From NCBI RefSeq assembly GCF_009914755.1, contig NC_060926.1: a stretch of DNA of 64,000 nt; one strand, given 5' to 3'. Position 1 is the first letter of the stretch. The number at the start of each line of letters is the position of its first letter. The translations under genes and the position numbers were made by a program. The stretch comes from the human T2T-CHM13v2.0 reference genome, Homo sapiens. Below are positions 15,553 to 29,446 of this stretch, in pieces. The notes beneath the pieces are model-generated. The model made no database searches. It saw only the letters and a list, made by a program, of their open reading frames with translations, and had not been told where the DNA came from.

Positions 15553-16472
15553 CCCGAATTTACTTTCAATTAGTCCCTGTTTTGTCTTTAGCCACTCTTC
15601 AGCTTTGTGTAATTAGAGTTAAAAGTTTGAGTCTGGTACAGTTTGAAAACTCTTGTCTCCTGTAGAAGAAATTCCTAAGAAACAAAACAAACAAACAAAA
15701 ATCACTCTGAGCTTTAAAGTCCCACGAGGGGTTAACTTTGCAGACTGCAGTCACTGGCATTAGCTTGCGCTCAGTACGTGGGCACCGTTGAAGACATGTG
15801 GACCCAGGTGTCTTGGAAGCACAGCCACACAGCTGCTGCTGTGTTAACTGATGTGTATCTTCTGTGATCATGTCGAAGTTACTCCTGGCACCTAACTGGT
15901 AACCCAACCCCTGGCACCGGGCTGGCCCAGTGCTGATGGAGAGCTTCTATAACTACAGTGGGAGGGATGGGTTGGTTTTGATCATCTTGGCACTATAAAG
16001 AGAATTTAGGAAAGGGGGTAGAAACTGGCTCTGTAGGCAAAGAGTAGGGTGAGTGTTAACAAGCAGAACACATAGGATTTTTGAACTTGGAAGCTGGATG
16101 TCCCCCTAATTGTCAGATGCTGAAACTTACCCAACGGAATATTTTCAGAAGCCTTAGATAAGGGAAGGCATCGATAATAGCAACTATGCAGGAAGACATT
16201 GAATTGGACTACCTGAACAGTAAATGGCATAACATAACACATAACACACAAGGGTTAAAAAGCAAACACAAACTGGAGAAAATATTATAATATATATGAT
16301 GAAGTATTAATATTACTAATACAAAGTTTTTATACATTAATATAACAAAAGTAATCAATCCAATAGAAAATTTGGTCAAGTACATAAAGCTGTTAATTTA
16401 CCAAGCAACAACAAAAGACGCCATTGACCTTATGAAAAATGTGCCTAACCTCACTAGTTATAAAGAAGTGCA

Positions 16473-16772
16473 GGCCAAGCACGGTAGCTCACACCTGTAA
16501 TCCCAGCACTTTGGGATGCCAAGGTGGGCAGATCACTTGAGCTCAGAAGTTTGAGACCAGCCTGGGCAACATGGTGAAATCCCATTTCTACAAAAAATAC
16601 AAAAATTATCCAGGAGTGGTGGTGGACTCCTGAGGTCCCAGCTACTGGAAAGGCTGAGGTGGGAGGATTGCTGGAGCCCAGGAGGTAAAAGCTGCAGAGA
16701 GCCATGATTGTGTCACTGCACTCTAGCCTGGGCCACAGAGGAGAAAGTCTCAAAAAAAAAAAAAAAAAAAAA
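16473..16772 (+). mobile_element. AluJb
   Basis: Full dimer, 21-nt A tail, degenerate TSD ending gtgca. Confidence 0.93.
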
Positions 16773-16935
16773 TGTGCAAAGTGAAAAAACCCCAGCAATA
16801 TCAAGATACCACTTTTTCCTACCACACTGGTAAAAATTAGAAATTGGCAGAGGCCAATGCAGGTGCCGCTGGAGGCAAACAGCAACTCTGGTGTACTGCT
16901 GGTGTGAGTATAAGGTCAGATTTCTGGAGGGCAAG

Positions 16936-17330
16936 TGTGATAGTTAATTTTGTGTCAACTTAACTAGGGCATAAGGCATCCAGACATTTGGTCAAACAGT
17001 ACTGTGGGTGTTTCTGTGAGGGAGATTTTGGATGAGATTAGTATTTGAATCAGTGGACAGAGTAAAGAAGAATGCCTTCCATGGGTGGGCCTCGTCCAAA
17101 TAGTTGAAGGCGTGAAAAGAACAAAAGGCTGGCCTTACCCCAAGTAGGAGAGAATCCTTCTCCCTGGTGGTCTTCATCAGCCATGAATCATTGGGTCTTC
17201 TTGGCTGTACAGCAGACTGTTGGTTTTTGAACTAGAACTAGACATCAGCTATGCAGATTTTAAACTTAGCAGCCTTCATAACTGCATGAGTCAATTCCTT
17301 ATAAGTCTCTCTGTCGTTTTTTGTATACGT
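16936..17330 (+). mobile_element. MLT2 (ERVL LTR)
   Basis: tgtgatagttaattttgtgtcaactt...ccagacatttggtcaaaca...ttggatgagattagtatttgaatcagtggac...catgagtcaattccttata. Confidence 0.85.
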
Positions 17331-17373
17331 AGGTAAATAGATCTATCCTTTTTCCCTTGCTCTCTTTTTCTCC

Positions 17374-17442
17374 ATATACATATTTATATATGTGTGTATA
17401 TACATATATGTGTGTATATATATATACATATATATGCACACA
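17374..17442. repeat. (TA/TG/CA)n imperfect microsatellite
   Basis: atatacatatttatatatgtgtgtatatacatatatgtgtgtatatatatatacatatatatgcacaca. Confidence 0.85.
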
Positions 17443-17626
17443 AATCTAGAGGTCTCTAAGAGCAGTTTAACAATGTTTGTTAAAATTTAAAATAAGCATG
17501 CCATTTGATGTAGAAATTCCATATCTAGAACTCTGGTCTAAGAATATGTTTGATAGGATGCAAGAATTTTCATCATGAACATATAGTAGAAAAAATGGAA
17601 ACAAAGTGCTTTCCTACAGAGTTTTA

Positions 17627-17680
17627 TTAGGTTGGTGCAAAAGTAACTGCAGTTTTTGCCATTTTTATAAGTAATGGTAA
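17627..17680 (+). mobile_element. MADE1 (Hsmar1-derived MITE), one TIR only
   Basis: TA followed by ttaggttggtgcaaaagtaactgcagtttttgccatt; the second TIR stops after taatggtaa. Confidence 0.8.
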
Positions 17681-17681
17681 G

Positions 17682-18406
<725 letters not shown>

Positions 18407-18517
18407 TTAGTACTATGTTGACATTAGATCCAGTGGGTCATGTGTGGGTAGTGGGAAATTGGGTCTTTATTTTATGCTTTATACTTTTCTGGATTACTAT
18501 GTTTGATAATAAACATA

Positions 18518-18840
18518 TTTCTTTTTTTCTTTTTCTTTTTTTTTTCTTTTTTCTTGGTGGGGAAAGGGTCTTGCTTTGTCATTCAGGCTGGAGTGTAGTG
18601 GCATGATCACAGCTCACTGTAGCCTCAAACTCCTGGGCTCAAGCTATCCTTCTGTCTCAGCCTCCTGAGTAACTGGAACCACAGGCATATGCCACCACAC
18701 CCAACTAATTTTTAATTTTTTCGTAGAGACGGGGTCTTGCTATGTTGCCCAGGTTGGTCTCAAACTCATGGGCTCAAGCAATTATTCCACCTCAGCCTCT
18801 CAAAGTGCTGGGATTACAGGCATGAGCCACTTCACCCAGC
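18518..18840 (-). mobile_element. AluJ
   Basis: Antisense dimer with J diagnostics and a T-rich tail. Confidence 0.92.
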
Positions 18841-19353
18841 AAATATGTATCATTTTTAGTCAGAAAAAAGGTAAGTTATGTTCAATCAAATAATAAATTT
18901 CCACAAAGATTCGAGGACTCAGCTGGAACTAAAATTTTACCTCCAGGATTCTGTCTAATCTCTTCTCACCCACCTTGTTGTGCAGCCGCTGTACGTTGCA
19001 CCAGCAATCCCAAACCGTAAATTCTCTCCATGGGTAGCAGTATGGTGGGAGTCAGGGGATGCTCCATTAGAAACTTCTGAGACTTCCCTGGCAAGAAATA
19101 GGAAGGTTCTCAGGTTCCTCCCCCATCCATTTGTGAAGAATTTCCACATCCTCTTCTGAACCCCACCATGTCAACAATGACAGCAGTGACAAAAGTGTCT
19201 GATGTCCAAGTGGACACATCACTCTCAGTTCAAAATTCTGTTTTAATAGAAGCACCAAGATAATAATTGGAGGTATAACCATCCTTGGCGGCAGCCTCAA
19301 ACAGTTATAATCCTACAGCAGAGATTCCACTTGCCCCTTTAGAATGCACATTC

Positions 19354-19583
19354 GGCCAGGCATAGTGGCTCACGCCTGTAATCCCAGCACTTTGGGAGGC
19401 TGAGGCGAGTGGATCACCTGAGGTCAGGAGTTCGAGACCATCCTGGCCAACATGGTGAAACCCTGTCTCTACTAAAAATACAAAAAATTAGCCGAGCGTG
19501 GTGGCGCATGCCTGTAATCCCAGCTACTCAGGAGGCCAAGGCAGGTGAATTGCTTGAACCCAGGAGGCGAGATTACAGTGAGC
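19354..19583 (+). mobile_element. AluSx-like, 3'-truncated at cagtgagc
   Basis: Intact 5' end, no tail; flanked by gcacattc at 19346-19353 and 19582-19589. Confidence 0.92.
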
Positions 19584-19624
19584 ACATTCAAGCTAACAGA
19601 TGCTCACGTTTTAAAAACTGATTA

Positions 19625-19830
19625 TGCATTTTGAACCTGTTTACATCTTCAACAATCTTGGATATTATGCAGTGTTCCTAAGTTTATAACAGGCTGTACA
19701 AAGTAGTACTTTCTCGCATTTATCTAAGCACACCTGTTTTATACTTTTGGTAAGAGGTGCTCTTCGGGTTTGAGCTTGAGCCCTGGTTCACCTGGAACAT
19801 CCTATTCAACCATCGCCTTCTCCAGGCTTT
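19625..19830 (-). mobile_element. CR1/L3-clade LINE 3' ORF2 remnant
   Basis: Minus strand SLEK... and INARKYYFVQPVINL resemble the CR1 C-terminal motifs SLEKRR and RKxFFxQRVVNLWN. Confidence 0.6.
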
Positions 19831-19970
19831 TGTGTCTCTTGACAAAAAATTCTCAACTGTATTCTGACTTTCTGTGGCAACATCTTAGTTACCTAACTTC
19901 AGTCCCACTGAGTCTTCTTAAAATTGTGGCAACCAGAACTTCCCAAAGAGAAAACGAGTGATGATTGGTG

Positions 19971-20212
19971 CAGGGATAACATTCAAAGAATTTTACTGAT
20001 GGGATGCTGGCCAATCGGAATGGAGGTGGGCACAGAGGCCTCCTGCTGTGCAGGTACCGGGGTAACCATCAGGTTGCTGGAACAGGCAGCAGTCCAGTAG
20101 AGTGTGGGGTGACTTAGGCATCTTCATGCCATAGTGGGGCCGCCTGGGGGAGCTTGTGAGGCTGCTATTACCAAGGAATAAGGAAGTATTTCAACATTTT
20201 AATAACCAGAGG
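19971..20212 (+). mobile_element. Possible ancient hAT element (OldhAT1-like)
   Basis: cagggataacattcaaagaatttt...ggccaatcggaatgga and ttcaacattttaataaccag resemble the recalled consensus. Confidence 0.35.
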
Positions 20213-20378
20213 GCAAGCCTTGGTTTTGTGCTTGGATAATGCTGTCTCTTTCCATCATTGTACTGCCATCAGGCTTGCATTTCAAAGAGGAGAACTGATT
20301 TCTAATTCCAGTTTCTCACTGAGTACTCATGAGAACTCTGGCCAAGTAAAACTAGGGTTTGGGGCGCAGCAGAGAGTT

Positions 20379-20430
20379 GGGTCAAATGGCTCCCAGCAAC
20401 ATGAGTCATTAGTTCCAGACTTTGAACTTC
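20379..20430. promoter_or_regulatory. Candidate enhancer: AP-1 plus nuclear-receptor DR1
   Basis: ATGAGTCAT 20401-20409; AGTTCAAAGTCTG on the minus strand 20416-20428; GGGTCA 20379-20384. Confidence 0.4.
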
Positions 20431-21192
20431 TTCCTCTAACTATAGTCACTGATTTACACACACAACACAGATGCTTCAAGTGCCAACAGCCAATAACCTA
20501 TAACCCGAATGACATTAGGCTGGGACTGAAAGAAGTCAGGCAGCAGGCAGGCAAGCCTTTTAAAGAAAACTGAATCCAAGATCAACAACCCCGGAACTAT
20601 GTGCCATTGGATCTCCAGCAACACTGAGGATTAGGGGTTGGACAAAAGAAATTTTTATTAAAAAATGTTTATCTTAATTGGCTATTCCTGTACTTTGTGT
20701 CAGAATTTCCTGTTTTGTTGTTTACTTCCTTTTTAAATTGTAAACCTCCACTTGCATTCTCCTACCCTCAGATAGCAATCATCAGGATCAGTCATTCTCT
20801 TCCTATATTTTCATTTCTTCCAGTTTCTAGCTAGGGTGTTTGTGTTTAGGGCAGTGCCATGGACACACAACATGAGAGGCAGGAAAGCCAGTAATCAACG
20901 CGTTCAGGAAACAAATGCCAATAAAGAAGCATTAACGTGAATGATTTGCCTTTGAGTCAGTGAACAAATACCATCCCCTCCAGCCTTTGCCTCTCCTGTC
21001 TTTTCTACTGATTGCATCAGAGAGCAGAGACCTGGCTGTTGGCCATACCACAAAAGACAGCTGGTTACAGGACAAGCATCCTTCTGAGGTTACCAAGTCA
21101 AAGCCACCTGGGAATAGTCCTGGGTCCCTAGTCACACACTGAAATTCCTCTTGCTTAAGTCTGGAGTAACTGTGGTAAAAGCTGTGCTTTAA

Positions 21193-21348
21193 AGTTGGTT
21201 TTGGGTCCTGGAGTGGAAAGCTTGTCGGATTCAGGGAATCCGACAAGCTTCACCTCCCCAAAACACACCTCCTAATATCAGCACATTGGGGCTTGGGATT
21301 TTACAGTTGGTTTTGGGATGAGAGTGGAAAGCTTGTTGGATTCAGGGA
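21193..21348. other. Complex duplication with fold-back and templated insertion
   Basis: Direct repeat 21193-21237/21305-21348; 15-bp inverted repeat 21218-21232/21236-21250; 21250-21303 matches 24255-24308 at 52/54. Confidence 0.9.
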
Positions 21349-22490
21349 TATGTGGGAATAAAGAAAGTCCCGTGTGCCTCTATGTGCATGTCTGTGTGCA
21401 TGAGTGCATGCGTGTGTGCGTGTGTCTACTTGCAGAGTACCTAGGGATGTGAATTAGGTGTGAACCCTTTCCTAAGTGTGTTGTTGGCACACACAAAAGG
21501 GAGCATATTGACCAGGATCAAACCTAGCAGCCAAGTGATCATGGTAGGAAAGTATATTCCTGGAGCATCCCCAGAATCTTCTGACTGGGCTGAACTGAAG
21601 ACACTCTATCATGTGTAGTGCAGAGATAAATTGTGGGGGAATAAACCAGATGGTGATCTGAATTATTAAGTAATGGAAAAGGTTGGTTTCAGGTTTTTGA
21701 GCTCACAGTGACACCCACCCATTTGGAGAAAATGCACATCAAGAGAGCCTCAGACTCAACAGAATCCTTTAGAGATTTTCTCAAGGTCTTCGTCTGTGAT
21801 AATACATCTTTCCTTTGATAATTATGCTTTTTATGTTCTTCAGTGACACCATGAAAGGTGAAAATAGGGTCAACTATTTTGACAAGATCTTCATATCTAT
21901 ACATGAAGATAGTTAATTTGATGTCTGAGATGCATGGGTCCTGGGCAATTGTAACATGTTTAGCAGGATTTTGAAATCATTAGGAAGACAAAGCATTGAG
22001 CTTCTGAGCATTCAAGGTCTAAAGGAGTGTTTCCCATTAAAGCAACACACATATACCGCTTCCATTCTGCTGCAAGCCCAGCCTAGTTGGAGGGAAAGTA
22101 ATGGTGGTATTTATCAGTTTTAAGAGGACAGTAGTCATATTGCAAATGAGCTTTTGCAACTTCATTAAGAGCTTGGAGACCAATTTAGTTAACATACTGA
22201 AGTAATTAGCTATAAAAGTCCAAGGATGGCATTTGGGTGGAGGAGAGGATGGTGGACAGGGAACCTCTGAGTGGGAAGGCAATGGGGTCTAGAGGTGCCA
22301 TGTGAGAAGGCTTCTGGTGATGCCAGGTTGAGCATGTCCTGATTTAAATATAAAACCTTTTATTGATTGTGCTTGTATGCAGATTGAATGACCACTCACA
22401 CACCTTTGCATCAGAACTTGAATGGAAGCATTAAGTTGGTGATATAGAGATATATAATGCAATTATAGAATATATTTATCATTTAATATA

Positions 22491-22495
<5 letters not shown>

Positions 22496-22527
<32 letters not shown>
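22496..22527. repeat. (AT)16 microsatellite
   Basis: Uninterrupted AT dinucleotide run. Confidence 0.95.
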
Positions 22528-22533
<6 letters not shown>

Positions 22534-23685
22534 GTTATAAACTTGTTTGGGAGTTTCACATGCACACACTTTTGAACCAAAGGGAACAGAACACATTTTG
22601 TCAAATTCAGCAGGCTCTTTAATCATGTTGGGTGCCTGGTGTGGAGGCTACACTTGAATTTTGGAAATGATAAAATTTTATTTACCCTTAGTAAAATATA
22701 GTTTCCTGGTTTGGGGCCTGGGCAGAAGAAAGCCTTTTAAAAGAGGCTTATTGAAATCTCTTAAAGTGTTCTTGGACATTAAGAAAACAATAGTCAGTTT
22801 TATTAAGTGCAAATGTTGTAGAAACATAGAGGTTATATTTCATCTAAAGTACACATGAAATTCAACAGTCACAGTAAAGTTATAAAAAGTCCAGGAAGGG
22901 AGAGATTTGGTTTTGCTGAGCTAAAATAGTTGAAAAATAAATAGTGACATTTGACAAAATCAAGATGTCACCATATTTGTCAATGTCCCCTTGAAATGAA
23001 CTCTTCCCTGTGTAGAACAAGAGGCCTTGTTCTCCAGTTCACTTCACGGTACCAGACCATTATAATTTATGAAAATATGGAAGGTTTTAAGCCAACATAG
23101 ATTGACCTGGAAAACTCTCCAGACACATATGAGTGGTCTTGGCACTAATTGATTCTCTGATGTCTTGTTGGTACTACAGTGAAGACATTTGCACAGAGGC
23201 ACGAAGAATTGCCACTTAACTGGGAGAGGTGAAGGGTGGCCAAGAGAGATTAGTGAACATATGAGGCTGGATTTCCACCCTCAAGCTGAAAACTACGGAC
23301 TTCAGGTCTAAAAGCAGGGCTGACGGGGTACAAAGAAGGGAATGAGGGGGAGGAAGAATGTGAGAGTGCTGGAGAACAGGACGGGGGAGAGGACAGAGAG
23401 AGGGAGCCGGGGGCGGTGACAAACATAAATAGAAGATGCACACCAGGAACAAGCGGGACTGCAGCCATCTTGTTTTGATTTAGAAGACATCCAGAAAATC
23501 AAATGTCACATGAAAATGCTACCACACACCCAACAATTTATTTGCCAAGGGGATGGATGGGCTGCTCCTCCAAGAAAAAGTCAAAAGGATAAAGTAGATA
23601 ACAAACCTTTCTAAGCATATCATGAGGAACTAATTCAAGGAGTTGCCTAATCTTCTCCACGTGTACATTTTTCTTACGTACAGGT

Positions 23686-24350
<665 letters not shown>

Positions 24351-24469
24351 AAGGTTTTGTACTGTCTCAAAAAAAGCAGCTATGTAACTGGTGATAATAA
24401 CGTACTGTGACATATCCATTCTTCGAATGCATAAAGTTTACTCTGTTTTTTCATAATCATCTATTTCTG

Positions 24470-24768
24470 TGTAATCCTGGCACTTTGGGAGGCCAAGACG
24501 GAAGGATCGCTTAAGTCCAGGATTTTAGGACCAGCCTAGGCAATGTAGTGAGATCCTATCTCTACAAAAAGAAATTTTTTAATTTAAAAAAAAGAAAAAC
24601 ATTAACTGGGCGTGGTAGCTCACACCTGTGATCCTGGCTACCTGGGAGGCTGATGTGAGAGGATTATTTCAGCTTGGGAGTTTGAGGTTGCAATGAACTG
24701 AGATTGTACCAGTGCACTCCAGCCTGGGTGACAGAGTGAGACTCTGTCTCAAAAAAAAAAAAAAAAAA
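24470..24768 (+). mobile_element. AluJ, 5'-truncated
   Basis: Dimer with an expanded A-rich linker and an A tail. Confidence 0.9.
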
Positions 24769-26635
24769 GTATAAGGAAGAAGGCATCCCAAGTTAATATT
24801 CAATTTAGGACGGGAATCAAACAGAGAGGACTTTGAGTAAGGAGGCAATACTCATTTTCCCTTGTGAAGCTATTCATTGATTTTAAAACACTTAAGGTGG
24901 GAAGGAGGTAGAAGAAGAAGTCCAGATTATAAAATAAAACAACAACAAAACAAAAACATCCTATTTCTTTTTTCTCAAAGCCAGCCTCTCCAATAAAGGG
25001 TGAGACAGCCAGTGGTGGGAAGTTTGAGTAGCAGAGGTAAAAGGTTACTTCCAAGGGTTTTAGAATTCAGTATGAAAAAAACAATTAATTCAGCAGAAAA
25101 GGAAGCCTTTAGGTATTTGGCCTCACATTGATAAGTGTGGTACCCAATTAGCTCTTTATTCTAGAAAGTTTAAGGGTCGCTCTGTTCTCCCACTGTGCTA
25201 GCACATCATGAGAGGTGGATGAAGACATTAAGGTAAATGATTTTGTCCTGCTTTAATCTCTTGTTTTGATATACCTGGGCATATCCAGATGAAGACAGTT
25301 AAACCCAGAATGTCATTAACTCTGTGTTCTTTATGTGGATAATGAACTTCCTCTTACGCCCATCAGTGGGCTCTGAAGGGTCATTGATTGTAAACTCCTT
25401 TGGCTTAAGAAATTCTAGTCTTGACTCCAGAACTAATGTGCAGGTCTGAAAAGAATGTGTGCATTGGCCGATGTCCCTGAGAAAGCCAAACAAGCAAACA
25501 GAAACTAATCAGGAATATCTGCAGCTTTCAGTGATCATGTTCTCTTCTTCATAAATTGAGATATTTATGGAAAGTCAGCTTTTCTAAGTAAGCTGTTTTC
25601 AGTAACATTCCAGAAGCAAGAAACTCAAGGTCTGTTTTGCTTAATGGAGAAGAAAAATGTAGGAGGGAGAGGGAAAGGGGAAAGAAGTGGGGCAAACAAC
25701 AGAGCAAAAGGCTGATGCACGTAACTGGGTTTGGAAGAGCTAGAGTTCCACGTCAGATGTCTGGAAACCTTGGCTAGCACTGCTGGGGCCAAGGCCTCTG
25801 ACCCTGGTATGATTTTCCAGCGGCCTTATCATCTGAATTGGCCAGACTGAACTTAGGTTCTCCTCCAGGGCTGCCCGTCTGCAGCTGGGGGCTTGGATCC
25901 CACTGCACCCTTTTTCTGTGGTTCTGTTTGTCCCCTTCAGTGTCTCTCCACTATTTCCTCTTGTCTTAAGTGGTCCATGTCACACACTCATGCACTCACC
26001 TGGCTGTTGGCACATGAGTTTGCAACCTCTGGACCCTCTCTTAAAGGTTGTAGATTCAGTAGTGAAAGTTTCTTACCAGGTTCCAAAGGGATGCAAAAAT
26101 TGGGACAGGAAGGTACCTGCCCCCAATATGTCCCATCAATACCTACCTGGCAGTTCTTCTTATGCACATAGCCGTGACTTTGTAAGTTTTGACAACGCTA
26201 AGTTGACCTAACCACACAGACCTACCCACTGGTGACTCCTAACCCACTTCAATCTCATGGTGTGAGCATGTGTTGAGTCTCCTAAGAAGCTCCTTGGAAA
26301 AAAGAAGACAGTCCTTGTGGCTCATGCCAAAACCAACCTCTCCTGCCCCATCCACCACAGCTACACTTACACACAGACATCAATCCCAGGATCAATCTGT
26401 ACATGTTGATTTCCATGTGAGGCCTATGAAGACTTCCATGATCTCCATCCTTCCAGCCTGGGGCTATTTTGGACTTTTACAGAGATTTGGAAACCAGAGT
26501 GGGAACCATACTGCCAAATAATTTGGCAGAAAAGCAGTTTATAGAAGAGCAGCAATTCAGAGTGTGGTCTTATCTCTGTGACTGGGGGTTGGCTATCAAG
26601 CACAAGCTGGCTCTGCAGCTTGAAAAAAGATGAAG

Positions 26636-26947
26636 AGTTTGGGCATGGTGGCTCACACCTGAAATCCCAGAACTTTGGGAGGCCAAGGCGGGAGAATCGC
26701 TTGAGCCCAGGAGTTTGAGACCAGCCTGGGCAACATAACAAGACCCTGCCCCTACAAAAAATACAGAAATTAGTTGGGCATGCTGGTGTTTAACTGTAGT
26801 TCCAGCTATTCAGGAGCTGAGGCAGGAGGATTGCTTGAGTCTTGGAGGTCAAGGCTTCAGTGAATAAGCTGTGATGGCACCACTGCACTCCAGCCTGGAC
26901 GAGAGAGCAAGACTCTGCCTCAAAAAAAAAAAAAAAAAAAAAAAAAA
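26636..26947 (+). mobile_element. AluJ
   Basis: Dimer, 26-nt A tail, degenerate TSD. Confidence 0.92.
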
Positions 26948-27216
26948 GTGCAGAGCAGGTTCCTTTGCAGTGCCTGAGTGTTGGTAGACATACGTGCCTG
27001 TGGCTATTACCTATCCCTTAAGGGCTAAGAAAGTGTTTTCAAAAATCTCATATACTGGAAATTTAGTTCTTTCCCTAATAAAAATTCTGGTATCAGCTCT
27101 TAGGATAATTTTTTATCCAATTATAAGTGTTTTACCTACTAATTTCAGAAATGAAAAACACTGTTATTCTCACCATCTAGAGTTAGCCATTGCTAATAGT
27201 ATGGTTTATTTATTTC

Positions 27217-27640
27217 TGTTAAATAAAAGGCATGGGAGGTTATTGTTTTCGACTGAGCCCTGCACTGGGCCCCAACAGACCAGACAAATCAGAGTGGTGT
27301 CATTTATGTAGGTGCCAGCTGATCAAACTGAACTTTAACAGTTTTCCAAAAAATGAGATTCACACAACCAACCAGAAGGGTTCCAGTTTACCTGAGCTGG
27401 CATGATAAGGGAATCCCCTCTGTTTTAATCCTATAAGGAAAATGACTTTGAAACAACCAATCTGCTTTTTGTTCCTTGCTTCTGCTTTCTTCAGCCTTTT
27501 TCTGCCCATAAAGCTCATCTCTTCTGCTCAGCTCATCAGAGCATCTTTCTAAATCTTTACAAGGAATGCTGCCTGATTCATGAATCATTGATGAAAGCCA
27601 ATTCGAGCTTTAAACTAAGTTGTTGAAATTTTCAGTTCCA
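27217..27640 (+). mobile_element. Solo ERV1 LTR (MER4 group; LTR54/MER57-like)
   Basis: tgttaaataaaaggcatgggagg...gccccaacagaccagac...aaccaatctgctttttgttcc...ctgattcatgaatc. Confidence 0.65.
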
Positions 27641-27655
27641 CTCTTTTTACCCTAA

Positions 27656-28073
<418 letters not shown>

Positions 28074-28924
28074 ATAAACTTTGATTATGAAAACTATCAA
28101 GTCAAATAATCAAAAACAATTCAAATAAAGCAGAATGCTATCAAATGGAAACTAAAGGCATCTTGCTTCCAATTGAAACCCCTCCTACATACCCCAGGAA
28201 TTATACCCCAGGAGTAGCCACCTGTATCCGTTTTACTTGTTCTTCTAAAACAATTTAATAGCACATATTCATCCCTCTGGTAATTGATCAGATTTAGATG
28301 GAATCTATTATCTTTCCATCACGTATGTGAAGAATTTGGCTCACAGAAATTTCCCCCATCTTCTCCACCCCTCTTCATTTTTTAATATTTATTTTCATTC
28401 TTCTATTCTACTTTTATAGAATATAAAACCCCCACACCACCTTGCACCCCTCTCTGCCCTTCACCTCACAACTCTTAAGCAATTCCATTCATTTTCTTTG
28501 ATAGAATTCATAACAATTTACATTCTCTTCTTCCACTATTTTGAATGGTATATCTATACTTTGCCTACAACATTGATACCAAATACTGAAAACCACGAAT
28601 TTTTATAATACTATGCAGATGCAAAGATTATTAGTCAAATGAACCCAATAGTAAGGATGGATACATAAGAAAAAAATATTAACCCATATCATTAAACCTA
28701 TGGCTCTTGAAGGAGAAAGACATAACTTTTTATTTTTTTTATCTGATGCCATGGTTCCCAAACTGCAGTGCCCTGGATATACTACAGCAAATTCACAAAG
28801 TCCCTGGGGTATTTCAAATTCTAGTGGGGAAGATTGTGATGCTTGACTCTGGCCCACACCATGTGGACTCCAAGCTTGAGGTAGTTTGTAGTTTCAGCCC
28901 TAAATGATATGCTGTTTGATGTCA

Positions 28925-29334
<410 letters not shown>

Positions 29335-29446
29335 TTAAATGGCAGAAATTCATTTCCTCACAGTTTTGGAGGCTTGAAAGTCAAGATCAAACTATCAGTG
29401 GGTTTAGCTGCTCCTGAGGCCTCTCTCCTTGCCTGACAGATACCAT

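Larger units (their letters stand above)
16255..17615 (+). mobile_element. Old L1 (L1ME-like) 3' region, split by AluJb and MLT2
   Basis: gcaaacacaaactggagaaaatatt, caatccaatagaaaattt, ctaacctcactagttataaagaa, tactgctggtgtgagtataa, ccatttgatgtagaaattcc. Confidence 0.65.

Noticed and set aside
21218-21250. Hairpin as a miRNA precursor, terminator or CRISPR-like repeat
   Set aside because: The stem is too short for a pre-miRNA, only two repeat copies exist and the context is eukaryotic; a repair scar explains it better.
21689-21904. Protein-like 71-aa ORF (MYRYEDLVKIVDPIFTFHG...)
   Set aside because: Short, and I cannot match it to any family; a tblastn or PhyloCSF test would be needed.
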